A DNA stretch of 44,256 nucleotides, taken from the NCBI GenBank assembly GCA_045809825.1, contig JBJMXC010000010.1, positions 1-44,256 on the forward strand. Reading direction: 5' to 3'. This DNA comes from Chthoniobacterales bacterium. Lineage in GTDB: Bacteria; Verrucomicrobiota; Verrucomicrobiia; Chthoniobacterales; UBA10450. The position numbers were made by a program, and so were the translations under genes. This document shows, piece by piece, positions 35,205 to 43,700 of this stretch (the first letter of the stretch is position 1; every line of letters starts with the position of its first letter). Below the pieces are notes generated by a model. It did not search any database. It had not been told where the DNA came from and was given only the letters and a program-made list of their open reading frames with translations.

Positions 35205-38200
35205 ATGGCTCGTTATCTAAAAAAATCGTCGCTCCCGATCACGCTCGTGATCCTCGTCGTGGCCGCAATGTTTACATTGCGCGGCGAAGCACAGCAGAAA
35301 ATAACGAGGCCCGCGCCTGCGGGGCGAACAGTCTTGAAGCCGACGGTCGCGTATCCGGTGGCGGCGGGCACCAGCACGGCAGTCCGGGACATGAAGCCGG
35401 CCGCCGACATTGATGCTGCGACGTTGGAGGATTTTGAGCGTCGAGTGGTTAATCAACTGAACGTTGAGTTGGACGTTCCTGGAACAAACCCATCGTGGAA
35501 ACTGCCGTCGTTCGATGCGGCCATCGCCGGCCGGCCCACGTCTGGCTCGGCCCCGCAGCCATCCAGCGTGACGCCCCCCTCGATTTTTTCCTTCGAAGGC
35601 ATCTCTGACTTGGACAACGCAAACGTGGGATTGGGTCAGGTAAACCCGCCGGACACAAACGCCGATGTTAGCTTTACCCAGATCGTCGAAACCGTTAACA
35701 GCAGCCTTCGCGTTTACAACAAATCGGGTGTGCCGCTGACCCCCGTGATCAAACAAAGCCAGCTCTTTGCCGCCCTCGGCGGACAATGCGCCAAGACCGA
35801 TCCGGGCGATCCAATCGTTCTCTACGATCGCATGGCGGACCGCTGGCAGGTGAGCCAGTTCAATTTCGCTTCGAGCGCCGCGGCTCCGTTCCACCAGTGC
35901 TTCGCTGTCTCGAAAACCAATGATGCGACGGGCGAATGGTACCTTTACGACTTCGTCACGCCGAGCGGCAATTTCCCGGATTATCCGAAAGTCGGCGTCT
36001 GGTCAGATGCCTACTACATGACGAGTCGGGAATTCGTCCCTAATCCTCAGTCGTTCGTCGGCGTGGGGGCGTTCGCCTTTAACCGGGCGAAGATGCTCGC
36101 CGGTGATCCAACCGCGGAGATGATCTTCTTCTCGATCCCGAATGATGCGAACTACCCGAGCACCGCCTCGTCGGGCATGATCGTGGCCGACCACGACGGC
36201 CTTTTGCCGCCCCCGGCCGGCGCGCCTTGCATTTTTGCTATTCATGACTCCGACGAATCGGGCGGCGCTGATGCAATTCACCTGTTCAATTTCCATGCGG
36301 ACTTCGTGACGCCGGCGAATTCGACGTTCACTCAAAGGCCCGAGAGCCCGATTATTGTTCCCCCCTTCGACGGCCGCAATCCAAATGGGCGAGCTGACAT
36401 CGAGGAGCCTGCGCCGGGTGAAGGCTTGGATTCCATCGGCGATCGCCTGATGTTCCGTTTGTCTTACCGAAATTTCGGCGGCGGCGTGCAGTCGCTGGTC
36501 GCCACTCACACGGTCAACGTCAGCGGCGTGGCCCCGACCACTGCTGCGACTTATCAGGCTGCTCCACGCTATTATGAGTTTCGGACCGCGGCGGATGCCG
36601 GCCCCTATTCGCTCTACGATGCGGCGACTTATTCGCCGGATGCCGGCAACGGCTCGACCGGCGTAAATCGCTGGATGGGAAGCGTCGCGGTAGACGTGCA
36701 GGGGAACCTCGCGCTGGGTTACAGTGCCTCGAGTACCACCAGCGTCCCGTCCATCCGTTACGTCGGCCGGTTCTTCAATGAGCTTGGCAGCACCCCCGGT
36801 GTGCTCACCAACGAAGTCATCCTTTTTCCTGGCGCCGGCGTCCAGCAGGCGGGGCTAAATGGTGGCAACCGCTGGGGCGATTATACGTCCATGTCGGTTG
36901 ACCCGGTGGACGATTGCACGTTCTGGTATGCCAACGAATACGAACCGCTCCCTAATGGCGCATTCAACTGGCACACCCGAATCGGAAGCTTCAAGTTTCC
37001 GACTTGCACGGCTCCAGCCCAGGGAACGCTAAGCGGCAAAATCACCAACTGCGAAACCGGTGAACCGATCCCCGGTGTAATCGTCCAGGTCACCAGTGCG
37101 GGCGCGGGCACCTCGACGGGCTTTTCGGCTCCCACCGGGGACGACGGTACCTACATCCTGCACCTGGCGCCAGGAAGTTACACCGTTTCAGCTTCACTGA
37201 CGGCTCGCAATTGCACCGCGACCGCTAAGTCAAACGTGATTATTACCAACGGCGGTGGGACGCCCTACAATGCCTGTCTCAACGGTGTTGCTCACCCGGC
37301 GATAGATAATACCAACCCGGTCTCTTACCAAGTTTCGGGTGGCAACGGGAACGGCATTATCGATCCGAACGAGTGCAACATCCTTAATGTCCGGCTGACG
37401 AACAGCGGTTGCGCGACCGCCCACACCGTTAAAGCTACGCTGACGACCAACACTCCTGGGGTCACGATCGACCCGCCGGGCACTTCGAGCTACCCGGACA
37501 TCCCGATCGATGGGGTTCAGCCAAATCAACAGCCGTATCGTTTCACGACGTCTCCCGGGTTTGTCTGCGGCACTCCGATCGACTTCACGTTGACCACCAC
37601 CTTCAACGGCGGACAGACCGTGAGTACCTTTAGCATTCCGACGTGCACCGAGACGGGGCCGCCGCAGAGCATGAGCGGCACTCTCACGAGTACCGACCCG
37701 ACTACGCCAAACAATGGTCGCCTCGGCCGTAACTCGGCGAGCACTTGTGCCGGAAAGGCCTGCCCCGGGCCGCTTGCCGGCCTTAGCACGGCTAACCACT
37801 ACGATGTAGTTGGACCATTCGTGAACCCCGGGCAGGTGGCTGCTTGCGTGACCTTCACAATGAGCTCCCCGAATGGCAGCGGACTGATCGGCATCACTTA
37901 CGTCGGCACCTTCGATCCGTCGAACTTCTGCACCAACTACGTTGGCGACAGCGCGACCGGGCAAAACGGCGACACCAAATGGCAGGCGACCATAGCGCCC
38001 GGGCAAATGTTTAATGTCGTGATTATGGAGGCGACTGCGAACCAAGGCACCAATTTCAACGGTGGCGCGGGCTCGTCCTACACGATCACGGTTGAAAATA
38101 CGAGCGCACCGCCTGCACCGGGCACCGGCCCATGCGTCCATGGCATCACCACGAGCGCGCAGCCTCCGGCGGCCACGCTTGGAACCCCGATCTCCGACCT

Positions 38201-39401
38201 CGCGACCCTCACCACCGGAGGCAGCCCGACCGGCACGATCACCTTCCGCCTCTATGGTCCGAACGATAACACCTGCAGCGGCGCGGCGATCTTCACCTCT
38301 GTCGTAGGCGTGAATGGCGATGGCACCTACTCCTCGCAATCGTTCATTCCGACGGCGACAGGCGATTACCGCTGGATTGCCACCTATAGCGGTGACGCGA
38401 ATAACGCTGCCGCCAGTGGGGCATGCGGCGATCCGAATGAAACTACAACGGTAAGTTTAGCGCCGACGCCGACTGCTACGGCGACCGCAACCGCCACGCC
38501 GACCGCGACGGCCACCTCGACGCCGACCGCAACTGCGACAGCGACCGCGACTGCGACAGCGACCGCAAGCGCGACAGCGACCGCCACCCCGACGGCAACG
38601 CCGGCTTCGCAGGCGTTGAACCTGTCCACGCGCTTGCGCACCGACACCGGCAACAACGTCGGCATCGGCGGCTTCACGATCACCGGCAGTGCGGCGAAAC
38701 ACGTGCTCATCCGCGCTCTCGGACCGTCGTTGACCAAGTTCGGATTCTCAGCGGCGGAAGTGCTACCTGATCCGTTCCTGGAAGTCCATGGACCAGGGGC
38801 GTTCGGAACGATCACGAACAACAACTGGAGAGATTCGCAGGAAGCGCAGATCAAGGCGGACGGATTGCCGCCGACCAACGATCTGGAATCCGTGATCGAC
38901 GCAGTGCTGCCGCCGGGCCCTTACACCGCGGTCATCAAGGGTAGCACCGGGGCGCCGCAGGCAGGTCTCTGTCTGTTCGAAGTCTACGACCTCGATACAG
39001 CGGCCGCGTCGAAATTGGCGAACCTGAGTACGCGCGCCTTTGTCGGCACCGGCAACAACGTGGTCATCGCTGGCTTTGTTCTGGGCAATAACCAAGGCAC
39101 CGATCATGTGATTGTCCGCGGCCTCGGTCCGAGCCTCGCTAGTTTCGGAATCTCGAATACGCTGGCAGATCCGACGCTGGAGCTGCGCGACGAAAACGGA
39201 TCACTGCTCTTCGCGAACAACGATTGGCAGGATAACCCGACGCAAGCTGCGGAGGTAACCGCCGCGGGATTGGCGCCTTCCAACACGAAGGAATCGGCGA
39301 TCTCAACGACACTGCCGCCGGGACTCTACACGGCAATCCTATCCGGACTGAATAACGGGACAGGTGTCGGGGTTGTGGAAGTCTACGATCTCGGACCGTA
39401 G
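35205..39401 (+). CDS. Giant secreted multidomain protein, paralog 1 (unnamed core domain, CarboxypepD_reg-like, beta-sandwich modules, Ig-like module, Thr/Ala/Pro linker, tandem C-terminal module)
   Basis: 1398-aa ORF. Signal peptide MARYLKKSSLPITLVILVVAAMFTLRGEA-QQ. The core carries DRMADRWQVSQFNF, NFPDYPKVGVWSDAYYMT and NRWGDYTSMSVDPVDDCTFWYANEY. GTLSGKITNCETGEPIPGVIVQV...DDGTYILHLAPGSYTV is carboxypeptidase-regulatory-like. TGTITFRLYGPNDNTCSG...GDYRWIATYSGDANN is an Ig-like module. Confidence 0.85.
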   Translation: MARYLKKSSLPITLVILVVAAMFTLRGEAQQKITRPAPAGRTVLKPTVAYPVAAGTSTAVRDMKPAADIDAATLEDFERRVVNQLNVELDVPGTNPSWKLPSFDAAIAGRPTSGSAPQPSSVTPPSIFSFEGISDLDNANVGLGQVNPPDTNADVSFTQIVETVNSSLRVYNKSGVPLTPVIKQSQLFAALGGQCAKTDPGDPIVLYDRMADRWQVSQFNFASSAAAPFHQCFAVSKTNDATGEWYLYDFVTPSGNFPDYPKVGVWSDAYYMTSREFVPNPQSFVGVGAFAFNRAKMLAGDPTAEMIFFSIPNDANYPSTASSGMIVADHDGLLPPPAGAPCIFAIHDSDESGGADAIHLFNFHADFVTPANSTFTQRPESPIIVPPFDGRNPNGRADIEEPAPGEGLDSIGDRLMFRLSYRNFGGGVQSLVATHTVNVSGVAPTTAATYQAAPRYYEFRTAADAGPYSLYDAATYSPDAGNGSTGVNRWMGSVAVDVQGNLALGYSASSTTSVPSIRYVGRFFNELGSTPGVLTNEVILFPGAGVQQAGLNGGNRWGDYTSMSVDPVDDCTFWYANEYEPLPNGAFNWHTRIGSFKFPTCTAPAQGTLSGKITNCETGEPIPGVIVQVTSAGAGTSTGFSAPTGDDGTYILHLAPGSYTVSASLTARNCTATAKSNVIITNGGGTPYNACLNGVAHPAIDNTNPVSYQVSGGNGNGIIDPNECNILNVRLTNSGCATAHTVKATLTTNTPGVTIDPPGTSSYPDIPIDGVQPNQQPYRFTTSPGFVCGTPIDFTLTTTFNGGQTVSTFSIPTCTETGPPQSMSGTLTSTDPTTPNNGRLGRNSASTCAGKACPGPLAGLSTANHYDVVGPFVNPGQVAACVTFTMSSPNGSGLIGITYVGTFDPSNFCTNYVGDSATGQNGDTKWQATIAPGQMFNVVIMEATANQGTNFNGGAGSSYTITVENTSAPPAPGTGPCVHGITTSAQPPAATLGTPISDLATLTTGGSPTGTITFRLYGPNDNTCSGAAIFTSVVGVNGDGTYSSQSFIPTATGDYRWIATYSGDANNAAASGACGDPNETTTVSLAPTPTATATATATPTATATSTPTATATATATATATASATATATPTATPASQALNLSTRLRTDTGNNVGIGGFTITGSAAKHVLIRALGPSLTKFGFSAAEVLPDPFLEVHGPGAFGTITNNNWRDSQEAQIKADGLPPTNDLESVIDAVLPPGPYTAVIKGSTGAPQAGLCLFEVYDLDTAAASKLANLSTRAFVGTGNNVVIAGFVLGNNQGTDHVIVRGLGPSLASFGISNTLADPTLELRDENGSLLFANNDWQDNPTQAAEVTAAGLAPSNTKESAISTTLPPGLYTAILSGLNNGTGVGVVEVYDLGP
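38457..38605 (+). repeat. Coding hexamer-period (ACN-GCN/CCN) microsatellite encoding a TPTATATATA-type linker
   Basis: APTPTATATATATPTATATSTPTATATATATATATASATATATPTATPA. Its antisense reading generates the spurious VAVAVAV ORF at 38384-38878. Confidence 0.9.
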
Positions 39402-39426
39402 TCCTCGGGAAACAGAAGAATCAACG

Positions 39427-39463
39427 ACAGCTCCATCGGGGAACCGGTGGAGCTGTTTGTTTT
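39427..39463 (+). terminator. Rho-independent terminator of giant paralog 1
   Basis: 9-bp stem ACAGCTCCA(39427-39435)/TGGAGCTGT(39448-39456) followed by TTTGTTTT. Lies 26 nt after the stop codon. Confidence 0.8.
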
Positions 39464-39516
39464 AAGGCTATCGCTGCTGACTCGGTTAGGCCGTGACCAC
39501 GCCAGCAGATGCGAAA

Positions 39517-40008
39517 CTAATCGACTTCGCCCGCGTCGCCTTCCAGGTGCCGGAGTTGACACGTGAGAATCCAGGCGCCGCTTTTCTTTGTCCACAGCCG
39601 CTTAACGTGAACCCATTGCATCGGCGGGACCGTGTCGTCCTGGACATTTGGAATAAGTTTCGCCTCGCCCTCGACCACGACGACATCGTCCTTCGGAGTC
39701 ATCTTCGCTTCCTTCTCGATGGCCAGGTATCTGAGTAAACCGGCCTTGCAGCGGGCAATAGCCTGGAGCTTGCTCATGGCGCGCTTATCGCCTTCGTAGA
39801 CGTCGAAATAACCCTCGGCCAAAACCTTCGCCAGAGACTCGGTGTCCTTCTTGCCAATCGCCAGAGCGAGTTGCTTCTCTGCTTCGGTCACCTCCTTCGC
39901 GCGCTCGTCGAAATCCTTTTTGGAAGGAGCGCTCGTCGGAGCGGGCTCGGCCATGCCCGTCAGGGAGACGCCGAAAAACAAACAGCACGCAGCTACCGAT
40001 AATTTCAT
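39517..40008 (-). CDS. Exported SnoaL-like/DUF4440-type (NTF2-fold) protein
   Basis: 163 aa from the ATG at 40008. Signal MKLSVAACCLFFGVSLTGMA, then LALAIGKKDTESLAKVLAEGYFDVYEGDK...WVHVKRLWTKKSGAWILTCQ, resembling DUF4440. Confidence 0.5.
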   Translation of the reverse strand: MKLSVAACCLFFGVSLTGMAEPAPTSAPSKKDFDERAKEVTEAEKQLALAIGKKDTESLAKVLAEGYFDVYEGDKRAMSKLQAIARCKAGLLRYLAIEKEAKMTPKDDVVVVEGEAKLIPNVQDDTVPPMQWVHVKRLWTKKSGAWILTCQLRHLEGDAGEVD

Positions 40009-40030
40009 TCTGAGAAAATCTTTTAGCGGC

Positions 40031-40429
40031 CTAATCCATTCCACTGTCGCAGGTCCACTGCACTTTTTTGACCTCGCCGGCGATTATGTCCACCTCGAAA
40101 GGTCCATAGCTTCCACCTATCCCGTTCCAATTCTTTTTTGAAACAAGATATTTGCCCGGGGCCAGCGCCAGTTTGAAGCGGCCGTGGTCGTCGGTCTCAA
40201 AGGACGCGACAATTTGTTCCTGCTGTTTAACGACAAAAACGGTCTTGGCTAGAGGTTTGAAATCGTCAACGCCCTGGCGGGCAGGGCCGCCATGAGTCGG
40301 CGTGATCCGAATCTGCCCTTCGAGTGTTGCCGGGATATTGGGCTGAGCGATAGAGTTCGACACCGCAAGAGACAACGCCAAAAGCAAACCGAGCCGTGTT
40401 AAAAGGAATAACCGGGAAAACAATGGCAC
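40031..40429 (-). CDS. Small secreted protein with carboxypeptidase-regulatory-like beta-sandwich
   Basis: 132 aa. Signal LLTRLGLLLALSLAVSNSIA, then LEGQIRITP...DDHGRFKLALAPGKYLV. Its stop lies 22 nt before the start of the next minus-strand gene, so they are probably co-transcribed. Confidence 0.55.
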   Translation of the reverse strand: MPLFSRLFLLTRLGLLLALSLAVSNSIAQPNIPATLEGQIRITPTHGGPARQGVDDFKPLAKTVFVVKQQEQIVASFETDDHGRFKLALAPGKYLVSKKNWNGIGGSYGPFEVDIIAGEVKKVQWTCDSGMD

Positions 40430-40623
40430 CTCTGTAGATCCTCAAGTGAGGCCGCAATCTCGGCCGGTTTCGGCCCGGTCACAACAAGACGTCTGGTTCC
40501 GGCCCGCCTAACAATGGTTGGCGCGCGACGTCGCCGCGTTTGCGTTCGGCTTTATCGCTTTGATCGGCAGAACGCTGTTGACTGCCAAAGATGCCGCCTG
40601 ATTAAGCGATGTCGAAGGCTAAA

Positions 40624-40684
40624 ATTACATTTTCGTCATAATGCAATTTAATGATTGCCACTCTTTTTACGGTCCCTTAAAAAC
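40624..40684 (+). promoter_or_regulatory. Conserved 61-nt upstream block (copy 2) with TTGCCA-N17-TAAAAA
   Basis: ATTACATTTTCGTCATAATGCAATTTAATGATTGCCACTCTTTTTACGGTCCCTTAAAAAC. See copy 1. It starts 115 nt before the ATG at 40739. Confidence 0.6.
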
Positions 40685-40738
40685 ATCCCTCTCACTTCGG
40701 GGGCAATTAAAAAAAGCATACAAAAACACACTATTCCT

Positions 40739-43700
40739 ATGTCTCGTTATATAAAGAAGACGTCATTACCTATCACGCTCGTGGTGCTCCTCCTCGCCGC
40801 GACCTTCATCTTTCGGGGTGAAGCGCAGCAGCCTAAAAACCAACCCGCGGCTGTCGGCTCAGCCTCCAAAGGGTCTACGGTTCCGTTGAAACCGATCTCG
40901 GCGGTCGCTGTCGCTTTCGCTGAGAGCGACGCCGTGCGCGACCTGCCTGACGCAGACACTGTCCAGGGCGCCGACATACTGGGCGACCGCGAGGGGGAGG
41001 AGAAAAATCCGGACAACGTCGCTTTGGCCGAGTTTTACCGCGTGCGGGCTGCTGCCTATCAGGCGGCACACCCGGAACTGAAATACGCGGCATTCCCTGA
41101 TGCGGCACTCAAAACTGCTCCTCCATCTCCAAGTTTGCCAGCCGGTCCCATCATTTCATTCGATGGTATGACGGCCAACGATGGCATCACGACAACGGGC
41201 TCGATCGTCGCTCCGTCGGATCAAAACATCGGGGTTGGCCCAAGAGACGTTGTTCAGACCACAAACACCGGTTTCCGGATTTACGACAAGAACGGAAACC
41301 AGCGGTTTGCGCCGAAGGCGATCAAGTCGTTGTTCTCAAAGCTCGGTGGGATTTGCGGAACATTCGAGCGCGGAGACCCGATCGCGCAGCACGACCGGAT
41401 GGCCGATCGCTGGATCATTTCGCAGTTCAACTTTGCCAACAGCAATGCCGCGCCCTTCTACGAATGTATCGCGGTGTCGAAAACGAGTGATCCGACCGGC
41501 TCCTACTACATCTATGCTTTCCAGACGCCAACCGAGACTCCGCCGAACCCGACCCCAGGGCCAGGGCAGAACTTCCCGGATTATCCGCACTTCGGGACCT
41601 GGAGGGATGGATATTACATGACGGTAAACCAGTTCGATCGCTCGAAGCCCACCGGCCAGTTCAACGGCACCGGCGTTTATGCATTTGATCGGACCAAGAT
41701 GCTTCTCGGCGATCCGAGTGCCTCGTTCATTTATTTTAACCTCAATCTTACTGCACATCCTGAAGGGATTGCTTCGATGCAGCCGGCGGACATTGATGGA
41801 TTTACGCTCCCGGCGGCGGGCCAGCCATGCCCGTTTGCCTACGAAATTTCGGATGAATATGAGAATCCTCCTTTCAACAAGGATGGGCTCCGAATGTTTG
41901 ATTTCCATGCCGACTTCGGCACCCCGGCAAACTCGACGTTTACCGAACGCGCCGAGAGCCCGGTTCTCCTGGCGGCTTACGATCCGCGCATGCCGGAGTT
42001 TGAGTCTGGCACACGCGCCGAAGTCCAACAGCCGCCTCCAGCCGTGAACGGCACTGATTCATTCAACGCGATTTCTTACCATCTCATGTACCGGCTCCAG
42101 TACCGCCGGTTGGGCAACAACGAAAACCTGACGTCGGGCTTTACGGTTAACGTGTCCGGGGTAGATCCCGTCAGCGACGTGACCTACCAGGCCGCCTTCC
42201 GATACGTCCAACTCCGCAAAACCTCAGCCGCCGGCACGTATTCTGTATTCGATCAGGGCACTTTCGCTCCGGACCCAGTCGATCCGCTAAACGGAAACGA
42301 CCGTTGTTTGCCGAGTGCTGCGATCGACAATTCGGGTAACCTCGCCGTCAGCTACACCACTTCGGGCACGGCGACGTTTCCGCAGATTCGATACGCCGGC
42401 CGCGACTTTAACGCGGCTGGAATTCCGGCGGCCGGCCTGGGCGGCGAGCAAACATTGTTTGCTGGGACCGGCGTGCAGCGAGCCACGAGCAATCGGTGGG
42501 GTGACTACCAGTCGCTCCAAGTCGACCCGACCGACGATTGCACCTTCTGGACAACCAACCAGTACTACAATACCACGACCTTGACCTTTAACTGGAGGAC
42601 TCGCATCGGTGCCTTCAAATTCCCAACCTGCGTTGCGCCCGACCAGGGCACAGTCCAGGGAACGATCACGTCGTGCGAGACAGGCGCTCCGATCTCGGGT
42701 GCACTGATCCAGTTCAGTAACGGGTTCTCGACCACCAGCGGCCCGGATGGCAAATACACCATCCAGCTGGCCAGCGGCCCGGTCCAGACTCAGACCAATT
42801 ACGGGATGACGGTATCGAACCCGTCGCGGCTTTGCACGCAATCGGGTACGTTTACCGTCCCCGTCGCCAAGGACGCTGTCACGGTGCAGGACGTCTGCCT
42901 TAACGGCCTGGCCGAGCCGGTCCTCGATACGAGCGATCCAAACGCGATCGTTATCTCGGGTGGAAATGGGAACGGCAAGATCGGCCCGAGCGAGTGCAAC
43001 ACCATGAACATCCGGTTAACCAACATCGGTTGCGCCACGGCCAAAAACCTCGTGGCGACTCTCGTCTCGAACACCCCTGGGGTCACGATCGTGCCTCCTG
43101 GCAAGTCGGGGTATCCGAACCTGGCCATCGATGCGAACGGCTTCAACTCGATCCCGTTCCAGATATCGACTAGTCCGAGCGTGGGCTGCCAGACACTTAG
43201 CTTCACGATAAACACGACCTTTGATGGTGGCACCACATCGACACCGTTCACCGTGCAGGCCGATTGCAGCACGGCAGCTCCGGTACCCGTTACCGGCAGC
43301 ATTGATGCCACCGATCTCAAGACGACAACTGGACGTCTCGGACGCGCGGATCCGCCGGCTAGCTGCACGGTCCTCAAGACCTGCTCGGTGCTGGGGACCG
43401 GCGGACGTTCGTACGACACTCAGACATTCGTCAACGGACCTGGTGCGGCGTGCATTACCTTCACGCCCGGCACCGGGGCCGGAAGCGGCGTGATCCTGGC
43501 CGGGGCCTACCTCGGCGTGTTCGATCCGACAAACGTTTGCAACAACTACCTGGCCGACCAGGGCGCGGCCCTGCAGACGTTCTCGTTTAACGTTCCTGCG
43601 AACGCGACCTTCAGCATCGCGATCATGGAAGCGAACGCGGGAACGGCGAGCACTCCGTATTCGTACACGATCTCCGGCATCTCGGCTGTGCCTACTGCCG

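Noticed and set aside
37230-38339. 369-aa minus-strand ORF, together with 35217-35894, 36003-36509 and 38763-39107, inside the first giant gene
   Set aside because: These are Arg/Gly/Ala-rich antisense shadows typical of GC-rich coding DNA. They are fully contained in a coherent 1398-aa plus-strand ORF that has a signal peptide, recognisable domains and a paralog.
38457-38605. Regularly spaced short repeats (Thr/Ala linkers, heptamer and hexamer arrays) as possible CRISPR arrays
   Set aside because: The periods are 6-7 nt with no 25-40 nt repeat/spacer organisation, no leader and no cas genes. These are microsatellite-type arrays.
38384-38878. VAVAVAVAV-containing ORF, with its twin at 43969-44256 on the minus strand
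   Set aside because: This is the mirror image of the Thr-Ala-Pro linker microsatellite on the coding strand and has no independent support.
41336-43419. Minus-strand ORFs 41336-42028, 42287-42841 and 42799-43419
   Set aside because: They are antisense to the unlisted 1172-codon plus-strand ORF (paralog 2), and their compositions (Arg-rich, low complexity) fit shadow ORFs.
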